Notes: generated from the sequence alone by a model not told the origin. 64,000 nucleotides of DNA from Candidatus Parcubacteria bacterium (GCA_027324805.1 DAHVRZ010000002.1:85658-149657), one strand, 5' to 3'. Positions 44,951 through 55,751 are shown, counted from the first letter of the stretch. Translations and numbers: made by a program.

Positions 44951-47026
44951 TCAAGACCCGCTTCCTATCTTTTGCAATGTGAGGTCAACGACCAGTCGGC
45001 CGGGCGTGCTCGTCGAATCATAGATGAAGCTCGCCAAGCCATTCTCGGCAAAGATATAGCCGAGCGGCGCATCCACCTCGACCTTATATTCCCCTTTCGC
45101 GCCGGAAGGACGCTCAAGCACGAACTCGTATTGCGCTCCATCGGAAGGAACGGCATACAGCGGATGCGAGTAATCGAACGTGACCTGCGTCGAACTTGCC
45201 GCATACGTACGGTCCCATACCGAAAACACCTCCTTCCCCGGGTCGACACCCTGCGCCGCACTCCCCGCAGGAGCGCTCCCGTCGCGCACCGCGACTGCGG
45301 GATAGGAGAATATCTGGGCAGTACTGGACTGCATCGCCCAAAGGAGCGGATCGGTCGAATAACCGTTCCGCGCATAATTTATCGGCTGCGCAACCTTTTT
45401 CACAAACCCTCCGTTCTCGTCCTCGAGCGTACTCCCCAGAGGAACGAACATCTGGAGATAGTCCTGATTCGTCGTGCGATACCACCAATCCGCACGGGGC
45501 GCCGCGTCGCCGTGATGGGCACGGGTGATCGCAACGTGGTCGGTCGCAGTGCCGTCCGCGCCCAACTGGACCGTCCATGCGACGGTCGACGAAACATAAA
45601 GTTCCGACTTGTCGCTGTTTACATCGGTGTTCGATACCGCAAGATAATCGCCGTTGAAATTTTGCGGGAATCGGAACTCGTCCCCTGCCGCACCCACCGT
45701 CCGCAGGAACGTTTCGATATCCGGATTCTTGAAATATATCATCGCATCCTTGTTCCCGACCCAATCGAATGCCAGGTTCAATAATTGCTGCTGGGTATCC
45801 GGCCCTGCCGAAGCGAGCTTCGCAAGCGCCGTCTGCCATAGGACGCCGATCACGCTTTTGGGCGACGAAACCGCCGCTTTCCCTTTTGCCTGACCTTCCT
45901 GCACTATCGCCTGTATCTGCTCCGTGAGGCCGTCCGCGGTGAAGATCGTCGAAGTCGGTGCATCCTTCGCAGGGACAATGCCGAGCTCCGCGTCAGGAAT
46001 GGACACGGGACCGGTGAGCGAGAGGATATCCTGCGCCGCCCGGGGCGTAAGCGCGATGGCGGCATCGAACGTCGTCGATGATGCTCCATACAGTTTCGAC
46101 TGTTCAAAGAGCGCGATCGTCTCCGATGCCGACGTCGGAAAATCGAAGAACCAGTTGCCGTCCGCGGGGCGCCATCCGGTCCCCTCAAGCATAAGCGGCA
46201 CGGGCGGCACGATCTTCCCGCCGAACGCCGCGTCCGCTTCCGCGACATCGTGCACCGAAATTCCCGTGATCGCTCCGCCGCGCACCGAAACATCCGCATA
46301 ACTTCCAATAAACCCGCCTCCGGGCCTCATCTCAGACGGATTCTCAAGGAGTACCAGCACGTGATGCGTTATTGAAGTATCCGCGAACCAGGGAATGAAC
46401 GCATCCAGAAACTTCTCGGCTCCTCCGATCTCCGTGCGGAATGCAAGATAATCCGTACCGCCCGTCTGCGGCACCGCTATCCCGAGTGCACCCAGTTCCG
46501 CGGTCGCATTCGAAAGTTTGCCCATGTCGTCATTTATCCCGGCGAGGGACGTCCTTATATTCTCGAGGTCCCCTACAAGCGAGGTCGTTGTTGCATACTG
46601 CATGGGTGCGGCGGCCGCAGAGGATGATGATTCATTCGCATTCCCGACCGGCATTGACGCAAGCACGCTCCAAAGATCATTCTCAGCACTTCCAATATTC
46701 TGTGTAAGGGAAAACATCCTTCCCGAGAGGTCGCTCCATGCGCCGGCCGCGCCGCTGCCTCCCGAAATAACCGACGCGACCATACCGATCCATCCCGACG
46801 GGCTGCCGCCCTGCGCCGAAAATTCCTTTTCCGCCGAAACGATATCAAAACTGCGGAGATCCTCGACGCCCGCTTTGAGGGATGCTTCGCGCGTCGAAAC
46901 GGCGGTTGCAAGTTCGCGGCGCGCGATCACGTACGATGCGCCGAACCCGGCAACAAAAAATACAATAAGACCCGCGGCGGCCCAAACAATTCCGCGCGGG
47001 AGAGGACGCCTGCGCCGAGGCGACAT
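44951..47026 (-). CDS. DUF4012 domain-containing membrane-anchored protein
   Basis: HVLVLLENPSEMRPGGGFIGSYADV is characteristic of DUF4012. The start was set at MSPRRRRPLP, because the track's longer start would overlap the divergent GT39 gene. Confidence 0.7.
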   Translation of the reverse strand: MSPRRRRPLPRGIVWAAAGLIVFFVAGFGASYVIARRELATAVSTREASLKAGVEDLRSFDIVSAEKEFSAQGGSPSGWIGMVASVISGGSGAAGAWSDLSGRMFSLTQNIGSAENDLWSVLASMPVGNANESSSSAAAAPMQYATTTSLVGDLENIRTSLAGINDDMGKLSNATAELGALGIAVPQTGGTDYLAFRTEIGGAEKFLDAFIPWFADTSITHHVLVLLENPSEMRPGGGFIGSYADVSVRGGAITGISVHDVAEADAAFGGKIVPPVPLMLEGTGWRPADGNWFFDFPTSASETIALFEQSKLYGASSTTFDAAIALTPRAAQDILSLTGPVSIPDAELGIVPAKDAPTSTIFTADGLTEQIQAIVQEGQAKGKAAVSSPKSVIGVLWQTALAKLASAGPDTQQQLLNLAFDWVGNKDAMIYFKNPDIETFLRTVGAAGDEFRFPQNFNGDYLAVSNTDVNSDKSELYVSSTVAWTVQLGADGTATDHVAITRAHHGDAAPRADWWYRTTNQDYLQMFVPLGSTLEDENGGFVKKVAQPINYARNGYSTDPLLWAMQSSTAQIFSYPAVAVRDGSAPAGSAAQGVDPGKEVFSVWDRTYAASSTQVTFDYSHPLYAVPSDGAQYEFVLERPSGAKGEYKVEVDAPLGYIFAENGLASFIYDSTSTPGRLVVDLTLQKIGSGS

Positions 47027-47198
47027 AAGCGACCCCTGGCGATCATTCTCCGAAGCATCCCTTCCTCCCGCGAACGTTTTTACAAGTTCGTCCGCGCGGA
47101 TCTCTTCGTCAAGATGCGGCGTTTGCAGCCGCCTTTTTGGAATTTCACGGTTTTCCGGCATGTACAGGTATAGTGTACCATTGCTATACTGTTTTTAT

Positions 47199-49208
47199 AT
47201 GCCTACCTTCAAAAAACTCACCTCCGCGTGGGCCGTCACCGCGCTTTTTCTCATCTGCGCGGCATCGTTCGGTCTCATGTTTTGGGCCTCGCAGACCGAT
47301 TCCCCCATCATTGACGAACAGGCACACATTCCCGCAGGATACGGATACGTCAGCCTTCTCGATTACCGGTTGAATCCCGAGCATCCCCCGCTCGTGAAGG
47401 CGCTCGCGATGCTCCCTGTCTATCTTTTCGTGCATCCGACATTCCCCGCCACAAGCACGGCATGGACGAACGAAGTGAACAGCGAATGGAATGTTGGTTA
47501 TGACTTCCTTTATCGTTCCGGCAACAACGCAAACGCCATTGTCCAGGTGGGCCGTATCATGCCGATCCTCCTTACGATCCTCACCGCCATTCTCGTCTGG
47601 TTTCTCGCGCGAAGGATCATGGGTGCATTATGGGCGCTCCTCCCGGCCTTTCTTTTTGCGCTCGATCCCACAGTGCTCGCTCACGGACACTATGTGACGA
47701 CCGATGTCGGCGCGGCATTCGGCGTCGTCCTTTCGCTCATATTCTTCTTACGCTTTGTCGAAAAACCTTCCACAAAGAACCTCTGGCTCTCAGGGATCGC
47801 GTTCGGCGTCGCCCAGCTTGCCAAATTCTCCTCACCGCTCCTCGCGCCGTTCTTTATCTTTCTCGGTATCGTGCTCTGGCTGCGCGACATCGTCCCGCAC
47901 TGGCGCACGACCGAACGCGCGCGGCGCGCGGCGCTCTTTTGGCGACGATTCGGATGGTGGGCCGGCAGGATCGCGCTCATTTTCATCATTGGTTATGTAG
48001 TCATCGTCTATCCGGTCTACTTCCTCTTCACCGCCGGCGAACCCATCGCCAAACAGGCGTATGATACTCAATACATCCTCGGCACCGCCGCCGGCGGGCC
48101 GACCGTCCAGGGCGCGCTGTGCCACGGCATGCGCTGCCTCGACGATCTCGACGTCTGGATGTCCCACCATTATGCGACCCGGCCCCTCGCACAATATATG
48201 CTCGGCGTCCTTATGGTGCTTCAGCGCATCACCGGCGGGAATAGGATCTATTTCCTCGGCGAGGTGCGCAACTTCGGCGGCTGGATCTATTTCCCGCTGA
48301 TATTCCTCCTTAAAGAACCGATCCCGACGCTCATCATCGTGATCCTCGGATTCCTTCTTGCCTCCTGGTGGACGCTCCGCACCATGCGCGCCCGGGCGCG
48401 GGCGGTGCGGATGAACGGCGCGGCGAACTCCGGACGCACCCCCTGGCAGGCATGGGGAGGCCAGTTCGGCGATTACATCACCCGCCACTTCGATGAATTT
48501 TCGATGGCATCGTTCGTCGTCCTTTACTGGGGCATCAGCATGCATACGGAACTCGACATCGGCATCCGCTATCTCCTGCCGACCATTCCCCTCATCTTCA
48601 TCCTTGCCGCCGGCGTGTGGCGCAAATGGATCATGAACATTGACCTCTCGACCATCGGCACGGCCGTGCGCGGGGTAGGCGCCGCCGCCGCAAAATACGT
48701 ATTCCTCATCGCGCTCCTCTCGTGGTTCCTTCTTGAAGTGCTTTTCGCCGCACCGCACTTCCTCTCCTACTTCAACGAGTTCGGCGGCGGCACCTGGGGC
48801 GGCTATCACTTTGTGACCGACTCGAACTACGACTGGGGCCAGGATCTCCTCCGCCTGCAATCATTCGTGGACGCCCATCCGGAGATCAACACGATCGCCG
48901 TGGACTACTTCGGCGGCGGCGACCCTTCTTACTCTATGCCCGGCAAAACGGTTGCATGGTCATCTTCCATGGGCAACCCCGCGGACCAAGGCATCCACTG
49001 GCTTGCGGTCTCGGTGAACACGCTCGAACTCGCCACCCAGCCGCTCGCGCCCGGCATGACGCGGAACGCTTCGGACACGTACTCGTGGCTCACCGCACTC
49101 CGTCCGCCCGCCGATGCCTCGGGCACCTGGCTCGGCGGCGGCATGGGCAATCTTCCGACGCCGGATTATCGGATCGGCACATCCCTCTTCGTATACCATC
49201 TCCGGTGA
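47199..49208 (+). CDS. GT39/PMT_2-family (GT-C) phospholipid-carrier-dependent glycosyltransferase (ArnT/Pmt-like)
   Basis: DEQAHIPAGYGY, a polytopic N-terminal domain and a C-terminal periplasmic domain. The start is at MPTFKK; the track's upstream extension overlaps the divergent gene. Confidence 0.8.
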   Translation: MPTFKKLTSAWAVTALFLICAASFGLMFWASQTDSPIIDEQAHIPAGYGYVSLLDYRLNPEHPPLVKALAMLPVYLFVHPTFPATSTAWTNEVNSEWNVGYDFLYRSGNNANAIVQVGRIMPILLTILTAILVWFLARRIMGALWALLPAFLFALDPTVLAHGHYVTTDVGAAFGVVLSLIFFLRFVEKPSTKNLWLSGIAFGVAQLAKFSSPLLAPFFIFLGIVLWLRDIVPHWRTTERARRAALFWRRFGWWAGRIALIFIIGYVVIVYPVYFLFTAGEPIAKQAYDTQYILGTAAGGPTVQGALCHGMRCLDDLDVWMSHHYATRPLAQYMLGVLMVLQRITGGNRIYFLGEVRNFGGWIYFPLIFLLKEPIPTLIIVILGFLLASWWTLRTMRARARAVRMNGAANSGRTPWQAWGGQFGDYITRHFDEFSMASFVVLYWGISMHTELDIGIRYLLPTIPLIFILAAGVWRKWIMNIDLSTIGTAVRGVGAAAAKYVFLIALLSWFLLEVLFAAPHFLSYFNEFGGGTWGGYHFVTDSNYDWGQDLLRLQSFVDAHPEINTIAVDYFGGGDPSYSMPGKTVAWSSSMGNPADQGIHWLAVSVNTLELATQPLAPGMTRNASDTYSWLTALRPPADASGTWLGGGMGNLPTPDYRIGTSLFVYHLR

Positions 49209-49275
49209 TACGTTGACTATATTTTTCAAAAACGCTTTAATCGTGACAGTTGAAGCTCTTTGACGGGAGGATGAT

Positions 49276-49506
49276 ATGCCCCGGAGGTTTTTCGGAATCG
49301 TTGTGCGGATATTCTTCTTCGGGTGCCAGCTTTTGATGGAGATCGGCGCCGGTGCGATGGCCATCATGATCCTATGGGCCGTTTTTGGAAGCAATATTCC
49401 CCCATCCACAATCCTCGACTACCTTGCCTATCTGACCGTGGCGATCGCCGTTTTCTTCGCCGCCATCTTCAGCTGGCACATGACATTCCGCAAGCGGAAG
49501 ATATGA
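49276..49506 (+). CDS. Small membrane protein (76 aa)
   Basis: Two predicted TM helices, followed by a strong terminator. Confidence 0.4.
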   Translation: MPRRFFGIVVRIFFFGCQLLMEIGAGAMAIMILWAVFGSNIPPSTILDYLAYLTVAIAVFFAAIFSWHMTFRKRKI

Positions 49507-49514
49507 CGAACGAC

Positions 49515-49544
49515 GGCATCTCTGATCCCAGAGATGCCTTTTTT
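49515..49544 (+). terminator. Rho-independent terminator GGCATCTCTG-ATCC-CAGAGATGCC-TTTTTT
   Basis: A perfect 10-bp stem plus T6, seen directly in the sequence. Confidence 0.7.
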
Positions 49545-50409
49545 ATTTATAGAAAACCCTGTCTTGGGTCCTGCAGTCCACATATTGGAGCTTATCGAAG
49601 CCGGCCTGTCCTGCGAGCTGTTCGAGTACGGGAAGGTAATCGTTTGCCGGAAATCGAAGACTGAACTCGATCACGGGGCCGGCGACCGTCTGTGCATCCA
49701 CCTCTTCAAGTGAAAGGTCGCGAAGATCTATTTCCCTCACACCGATGCCGGTCGCGCGGAGCACGTCCATTACGGAAATGAAATTTGCGTTGAACTCTTC
49801 CGGGAGCACCGTGTTTCCCAGACCCCTGTCGGCCTGGGAATAATCATTCACCACGAAGATGAGATTCCCTTGCGTGCTGAGCGACTTCTGGAAAAGCACG
49901 CCGTCGCCGTCGAACCAATAGCATTGGCCGCTTCCGCCAACCTCAGGAACGGAAGATGATGAAGAAAATGAGACCTGCGCCGCCCCCTTCGGCAGGAAGC
50001 ACCATATTCCGAACGACTGTCGCTCCGTGGCGGCGATCGTCACGGTATGCGAGAAATAATCCTTGGAGACCGTCAAACCGGACAGTTCCGGCGCAAGCGC
50101 GAGCGTTGACGAAGGCACCCGATCGGGCCACGCAAACATATTCTTCCAGCCAAGCATGGCGCCAAGCCAGCCCGTCGTCATCGTTCCGGAAGGGTCCGCC
50201 TGCACGATGGCAATCACGTCGGCGGCCGCCATATCGGGTGCACCGGTCACGGCGACGCGCGCCACGCTGAAAAACGGGGCCCGCATCATGAACCACGCCA
50301 CTCCGAAAAATATAAAGTAGAGGACGAACACCGCAAGCGCGCTGAAAACCCAGCGCCTCATTCTTTTGCGCCGCTTTCTTTTCTCGGAAACGTACGGGGC
50401 GATCTGCAC
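49543..50409 (-). CDS. FtsQ/DivIB-like cell division protein (POTRA)
   Basis: A basic N-terminus, a TM, then VARVAVTGAPDMAAADVIAIV in the POTRA position. Moderate support. Confidence 0.55.
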   Translation of the reverse strand: MQIAPYVSEKRKRRKRMRRWVFSALAVFVLYFIFFGVAWFMMRAPFFSVARVAVTGAPDMAAADVIAIVQADPSGTMTTGWLGAMLGWKNMFAWPDRVPSSTLALAPELSGLTVSKDYFSHTVTIAATERQSFGIWCFLPKGAAQVSFSSSSSVPEVGGSGQCYWFDGDGVLFQKSLSTQGNLIFVVNDYSQADRGLGNTVLPEEFNANFISVMDVLRATGIGVREIDLRDLSLEEVDAQTVAGPVIEFSLRFPANDYLPVLEQLAGQAGFDKLQYVDCRTQDRVFYK

Positions 50410-50439
50410 CTCTCTATTCTACTATGACACCATCGTCTT

Positions 50440-51297
50440 CTACCACTTTCCCGAAAGCACAAAATCGCGGAATGCTTTCATCACCGCCTTCGTGACCGGG
50501 CCCGGCATCCCATTGCCGATCGGCGCACCGTCCATGTGGACTACGGGCATCACCTCCTTATTGCTCGCCGCAAGAAACATCTCGCCTGCTCCCTTCAATT
50601 CATCGAACGAGAAGTCCCGCTCCTCCACCGGGATGCCTGCGGACGGAAGAATCTCCAAAAGCACGCCGCGCGTCACGCCTCCGAGGATGTTCGACTTCGG
50701 CGTCACGAGCTTCCCGCCGATCACCGCGAAAATATTGCACGTGGAACCTTCGTATACCTGCGCATCATCGTAATAGACCGTTTCAATGGCGCCCTGCTTG
50801 GCCGCTTCCTGGGCCTTTTTCACACCCTCTATATAATTGTTCGACTTCGCTTCGGGCGCATAGCGGCGGAACTTATCCGTCACCACCGCGACCCCCTCCG
50901 TATAGTGCGTCGCCGGGAACTCGTAATCCTTCCGCGGGTCAATAAGGATCGCTATCGTCGGCTGTTTCTCCGGCAGGAGCGTATGCGACGCGCCGCCCGA
51001 CAGGACGATCTTGATCGCCTTCTCCCCGCCATCCGCATTCGCGGCAAGCGCCTGCATGACCCACCCATGCACCTGCTCCTTGCTCCACGGCACCGCAAGG
51101 CCGATGAGCTCCGCCGACCGGAACAGCCGGTCAATATGACGGTCGAGATAGAACGGTTTTTGCCCGTTGTACGTTATCAGAAAGTCGAACACCGCAAAGC
51201 CGCGCATGAAGCCGAGGTCGCGGACGGAAACGACAAGTTCGCCCTCTTTCACCAGCCTCCCATCCAGGAAATGCGTCGCTGTTCCCGCGTCGTTCAT
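50440..51297 (-). CDS. Class IV PLP-dependent aminotransferase (branched-chain / D-amino-acid aminotransferase)
   Basis: ...GVTRGVLLEI... and a catalytic-Lys context (EAKSNNYIEGV). The length is 285 aa. Confidence 0.8.
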   Translation of the reverse strand: MNDAGTATHFLDGRLVKEGELVVSVRDLGFMRGFAVFDFLITYNGQKPFYLDRHIDRLFRSAELIGLAVPWSKEQVHGWVMQALAANADGGEKAIKIVLSGGASHTLLPEKQPTIAILIDPRKDYEFPATHYTEGVAVVTDKFRRYAPEAKSNNYIEGVKKAQEAAKQGAIETVYYDDAQVYEGSTCNIFAVIGGKLVTPKSNILGGVTRGVLLEILPSAGIPVEERDFSFDELKGAGEMFLAASNKEVMPVVHMDGAPIGNGMPGPVTKAVMKAFRDFVLSGKW

Positions 51298-51308
51298 GAT
51301 GATGGTTT

Positions 51309-52589
51309 TTATGCTCCGATTATTTGTTTTCCGACGTATTTCTGCAGTACCTCCGGAATCTCGACGGCGCCTTCGGGCGTCTGATAATTCTCAAGGATGG
51401 CGATAAAGATGCGCGGCGACGGGAGCGCGGTGTTGTTGAGCATGTAGACGAACTTGCGCTCGCCCGTCTTCGGATCGGCATATTTGACGTTCAGGCGGCG
51501 CGACTGCCAATCGGTGAAGTTACTCGCCGATCCGGTCTCCGCCCAGCGGTTCATGCCCGGAAGCCACGCCTCGATATCAAACGCGCGATATTTTCCCGCG
51601 CTCATGTCGCCGGAACAGATCGCAAGCCGGCGGTACGGCAGGCCGAGCTCTTCATGCATCTCGCCGGAAATGCCGGTCATCTCGTCCTGCAGTTTATTCG
51701 CAAGCTCGATATCCGCGGGTGCGAGCACCACTTGTTCCACCTTCATGAATTCGTGTACGCGATAAAGTCCCTTCACGTCTCTGCTATAGCTCCCGATCTC
51801 GCTTCGGTAGCACTGGCTGTAACCGCACAGCTTGAGCGGAAGCTTTTCCGCCGGCACCGTTTCGTCGGCATAGTATGCGAGGAGGGACGGCTCGGCCGTT
51901 CCCACGAGGAACTTCTGATCCTTGCTCTTCTCCCCTGTTACCTCCTTGTCGGAGGTCGCCACCTGGTAGATCTCATCCACCTCGGGATCGTACTCGGTCC
52001 CTTTGAAATATCCCGATCCGAAAAGCGGGAATCCTTTGACGAGCGTCGGCGGGATCATGGGCGCAAATCCCTTCTCTATCAGTTTATTGAGGGCATACAT
52101 CATGATACCCATCTGAAGAAGAACGCCGTCATTCTTCACATAATAGCCGCGGAAGCCGCCCACCTTCGTACCGCGGTCGAAGTCGAGGATATCGAGCGAA
52201 GTGCCGAGCTCGACATGCGTCTTCGGTGTGAAGTCGAATTTCCTTGGCTCGCCCCAATGATAAATATCCTTATTGTCCTCATCGCTCTTCCCCACCGGCG
52301 TATCGGGCGAGATCACGTTCGGCACGCGCGCCATGAGTTCGGCAAATCTCTGTTCGATCGGCTTCAGTTTTTCCTCCTGTTCTTTGAATTTTTCCTTGAG
52401 GGCCGCACCGGTCTCGCGATCTTTCGCCTTCTTCTGTTCCGCGCGGACCGCTTCCGCCGCCGCCATGAGTTCGCGGCGTTCGGCATCAACCTTCAGAAGC
52501 TCGTCAATGATCGCGGGGTCTATATTCTTTTTCGCGGCGGCGTCCCTCACCGCATCCGCATTCTCGCGGATGAATTTGATGTCCAGCAT
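51309..52589 (-). CDS. serS: Seryl-tRNA synthetase
   Basis: An N-terminal coiled-coil arm and class II motifs. The start is at MLDIKFIREN. Confidence 0.9.
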   Translation of the reverse strand: MLDIKFIRENADAVRDAAAKKNIDPAIIDELLKVDAERRELMAAAEAVRAEQKKAKDRETGAALKEKFKEQEEKLKPIEQRFAELMARVPNVISPDTPVGKSDEDNKDIYHWGEPRKFDFTPKTHVELGTSLDILDFDRGTKVGGFRGYYVKNDGVLLQMGIMMYALNKLIEKGFAPMIPPTLVKGFPLFGSGYFKGTEYDPEVDEIYQVATSDKEVTGEKSKDQKFLVGTAEPSLLAYYADETVPAEKLPLKLCGYSQCYRSEIGSYSRDVKGLYRVHEFMKVEQVVLAPADIELANKLQDEMTGISGEMHEELGLPYRRLAICSGDMSAGKYRAFDIEAWLPGMNRWAETGSASNFTDWQSRRLNVKYADPKTGERKFVYMLNNTALPSPRIFIAILENYQTPEGAVEIPEVLQKYVGKQIIGA

Positions 52590-52638
52590 AGGAGTATCAT
52601 AGCGCAGGAATGCCCGTTTTTTCAACTTTATAGAATAT

Positions 52639-53022
52639 TTGCCTTTTTGCGATACAATGAAGGCAATGCCGGGAAAAGCGAAAAAGCCCAGTCTCAAGGA
52701 AACCTATCTGAAGGAACTCGCACGGCGCGGGAAGGAGTCGCACGTGTACCGCAAATACCAGCTCATGGGCCTTGAGATATCACAGACCCTCCGCGACGAA
52801 CGGCACAAAGCGCTCTATATAAAACTTGCCAAAGAAAGCGACGGCGACCGCCTGCTTGCGCTCGCAAAGGACGTCGCCTCGCGCGACGACGTGAAGAACA
52901 AAGGCGCCTACTTTATGGCGATCCTCAAAAAAGAATCTTCAGCGCGGATCGAGGCTACCGAAAAAGCAGAGAAGGAGAGGAAAGGAAAAACCGCCGGGAA
53001 TGGACAAAAGAACAGCAAATAA
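52639..53022 (+). CDS. Hypothetical Lys/Glu-rich protein
   Basis: ORF divergent from serS. No family recognised. Confidence 0.4.
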   Translation: MPFCDTMKAMPGKAKKPSLKETYLKELARRGKESHVYRKYQLMGLEISQTLRDERHKALYIKLAKESDGDRLLALAKDVASRDDVKNKGAYFMAILKKESSARIEATEKAEKERKGKTAGNGQKNSK

Positions 53023-53036
53023 GTTTTAATAATCCC

Positions 53037-53546
53037 ATGCCGACCCCTCACGTGCCCCCGGAGATGATGCTCATCGCCGATAAAAAAGGCGAAAAGATCC
53101 TGCGTAAAAAGACGGCGGCGTTCGATTTCTCCCGGTTCACGCCGAAGGACATCCGCGACCTCGTCGCGCGGATGCGCCGGATCATGCGCGAAGCGAACGG
53201 CATCGGACTTTCCGCGAATCAGATCGGTCTCGACCTCAAAATGTTCGTGGCCGAGGTGCCCGATGCGCAGGGCGGCCTCAAGTTCTATGCCATCTTCAAT
53301 CCCGAACTTGAAAAGGCGAGCAAGGAGACCGTGATCGCCGAGGAAGGCTGTCTCAGCATCCCCGGAAAATTCGGCGATGTCGGGCGCGCGCAGCAGGTCA
53401 CATTGAAGGGACAGGATAGGAACGGCCGTCCAGTGAAGATCAAAGCATGGGGACTCCTCGCGCGCGTATTCCAGCATGAGTGCGATCATCTGAACGGCAC
53501 GGTGTTCACCGACCACGCAAAGAAGGTCCACGATGAAACGGTCTGA
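53037..53546 (+). CDS. def: Peptide deformylase
   Basis: The GIGLSANQIG, EGCLSIPG and HECDHLNG motifs. Confidence 0.9.
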   Translation: MPTPHVPPEMMLIADKKGEKILRKKTAAFDFSRFTPKDIRDLVARMRRIMREANGIGLSANQIGLDLKMFVAEVPDAQGGLKFYAIFNPELEKASKETVIAEEGCLSIPGKFGDVGRAQQVTLKGQDRNGRPVKIKAWGLLARVFQHECDHLNGTVFTDHAKKVHDETV

Positions 53547-53556
53547 CGATGGCACA

Positions 53557-54417
53557 ATGAACTACGTTTTCTTTGGAACTCCGCGGTTCGCAGCGATCGT
53601 GCTCCAGAAACTGATCGGCGCCGGAATGCCGCCCGTAGCCGTCGTCTGCAATCCCGACCGTCCCGTCGGACGGAAGAAGGTCATCACCCCCCCGCCCGTC
53701 AAAGTGCTTGCGATCGCGCACGGCATCGCGGTGCTCCAGCCGGAGCGGCTCGACGCCGGATTCATAAAGACGCTCCGCGATCTTGCACCGGACGTATTCA
53801 CCGTCGCCGCGTACGCCAAAATAATTCCTCAAGCTGTGCTTGACATTTCCCGCCTCGGCACGCTCGGTACGCATCCCTCGCTCCTTCCCCGATACCGCGG
53901 GGCATCGCCGATCCAGTCGGCGATCCTCCACGGCGACCGCGAGACCGGCGCCACCATTTATCTGATGGATGCAAAGGTGGACCACGGACCCATCCTTGCG
54001 CAGGAAGCGCTCGCGTTCGATGCAGACAAGGAAAATTATCTTTCGCTCGAAGAACGGCTTGCGGAACTTTCGGGCACACTGCTCGCCGGCGTCCTTCCGC
54101 AATTCCATGCCGGAACGGCCGAAACACGCGTGCAGGACGATGCCGCGGCAACCTTCACGAAAAAATTCACAACCGAGGACGGCTTCATTTCCGACGAGGA
54201 TTTCCGCACCGCCGAAAGCAATGACGGGAACGGCACGGACCCGGGAGCCGCCCGCACCCTGCTCCACAAGATCAATGCGCTCAATCCCGAACCGGGCTGT
54301 TGGACCATGCGCGGCGGCAAGCGCATAAAACTCCTCGAGGCGAAACTCGACGGGCACGGCGCACTCGCGGTCACCGTCATCCAGGAAGAAGGCCAACGGC
54401 CGAAGCGCATTGCATAG
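53557..54417 (+). CDS. fmt: Methionyl-tRNA formyltransferase
   Basis: VFFGTP..., the HPSLLPRYRGASPIQ SLLP motif, and conserved def-fmt linkage. Confidence 0.9.
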   Translation: MNYVFFGTPRFAAIVLQKLIGAGMPPVAVVCNPDRPVGRKKVITPPPVKVLAIAHGIAVLQPERLDAGFIKTLRDLAPDVFTVAAYAKIIPQAVLDISRLGTLGTHPSLLPRYRGASPIQSAILHGDRETGATIYLMDAKVDHGPILAQEALAFDADKENYLSLEERLAELSGTLLAGVLPQFHAGTAETRVQDDAAATFTKKFTTEDGFISDEDFRTAESNDGNGTDPGAARTLLHKINALNPEPGCWTMRGGKRIKLLEAKLDGHGALAVTVIQEEGQRPKRIA

Positions 54418-54501
54418 CGGAAACGGGCCGCTTTTTGACTAATCATTTCCGTCACGCTATGGTGACGACAGTCCGCTTGGCGTTTTTACGGAGGTACCAT
54501 C

Positions 54502-55005
54502 ATGATCGTCGGCAGTATCGAGTTTTGGAACGCGTACGATGCGTTCTTCAATGAAGCCCATCTTAAAGAATTCACGGAGGGATCGCGGTCCCCGCTGGTA
54601 AGCGACCTGTGCACAGCACTCGCCACCGCGCACTATACGGGAGAGCTCCACAAGCTCATCCGCCCCGATCGCGGATGGCATATCATCAATGCCTGGGTCG
54701 CGCTCCGGGGGGAATATCTGCGCGATGAGGTCGGTCATCCCGTCATCACGGTACGGCAGGGCGACGTGATCGTCGTGCAGCACCAATGGGACCGCGACGT
54801 CTTCATCACTCATTGTCCCGCCACGGAATGCATATGCGGAGCGATCTTCGGGGGCATGCGCCGGTGGCCGGAGTCGTTCGGCACGTTCATGCCGCTTTTT
54901 TCCCAGGCGTCCATACTGGCATGCATCCAGCTCAGGCTCACCAAGAATCATAACGAAGGCATGGATGCCGCCTTCAAGGAAGCGACTGCGTGGAATTGGC
55001 CGTAA
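54502..55005 (+). CDS. Hypothetical protein (167 aa)
   Basis: ORF only; contains a CPATECIC Cys cluster. Confidence 0.4.
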   Translation: MIVGSIEFWNAYDAFFNEAHLKEFTEGSRSPLVSDLCTALATAHYTGELHKLIRPDRGWHIINAWVALRGEYLRDEVGHPVITVRQGDVIVVQHQWDRDVFITHCPATECICGAIFGGMRRWPESFGTFMPLFSQASILACIQLRLTKNHNEGMDAAFKEATAWNWP

Positions 55006-55093
55006 CGAGGCCTTTTTCAAAACCCATCACCACAAGAGATCGGCTTTCACCGATCTCTTTTTTGTTCCTTTCCGTTCCACCCGGTTGCGGCGC

Positions 55094-55729
55094 TTATTTC
55101 GCCTCTTTGTATTTTTCCTCCACCTTGCTCCAATCAACCACGTTCCACCAATCGCCGATGTAACCCTTGCGATCGGCATTGTGCTTGAGATAGTAGGCGT
55201 GCTCCCACACATCGAGGCAAAGCACGGGTTTTTGTTTCTTTGAAAGCGGACTGTCCTGATTTGCAGTGGAGGCTACCGCAAGCTTGCCGTCGGTGCCGAT
55301 GACGAGCCACGCCCATCCGGAACCGAACACGCCCGTCGCGGCCTTTTCGAATGCCGCTTTAAACTCCGCAAACGCACCAAACGTATCCGTGATCGCCTTG
55401 CCGACCTCCCCCGCCGGTTCCGCATTCGGATTCGCTTTCGACGCCGCCACGGCCTCGGGGCTCATGATCGTCCAGAAGAACGAATGGTTCACGTGGCCGC
55501 CACCGTGATTGCGCACCGCGGTGCGGATATCCTCCGGCACGCCGTCAATGTCCGCGAGGAGTTCCTCGAGCGGCTTATCCGCGATTTCGGGATGCTTCTC
55601 GAGTGCGGCGTTCAGGTTGTTCACGTATGCCTGATGATGTTTTGTATGATGGATCTCCATCGTCCTCGCATCAATGAACGGCTCGAGCGCATCGTACGCA
55701 TACGGCAATTTTGGAAGTTCGTATTTCAT
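55094..55729 (-). CDS. sodA: Fe/Mn superoxide dismutase
   Basis: [33 protein letters not shown] and DVWEHAYYL. Confidence 0.9.
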   Translation of the reverse strand: MKYELPKLPYAYDALEPFIDARTMEIHHTKHHQAYVNNLNAALEKHPEIADKPLEELLADIDGVPEDIRTAVRNHGGGHVNHSFFWTIMSPEAVAASKANPNAEPAGEVGKAITDTFGAFAEFKAAFEKAATGVFGSGWAWLVIGTDGKLAVASTANQDSPLSKKQKPVLCLDVWEHAYYLKHNADRKGYIGDWWNVVDWSKVEEKYKEAK

Positions 55730-55751
55730 ATTTTTATTCAATGTTCAATGA

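Noticed and set aside
46518-47198. N-terminal 227-aa extension of the GT39 ORF (track start 46518)
   Set aside because: It overlaps the divergent DUF4012 gene head-to-head. The extension is Ala/Arg/Pro-rich junk, and the GT39 membrane domain begins at MPTFKK (47199).
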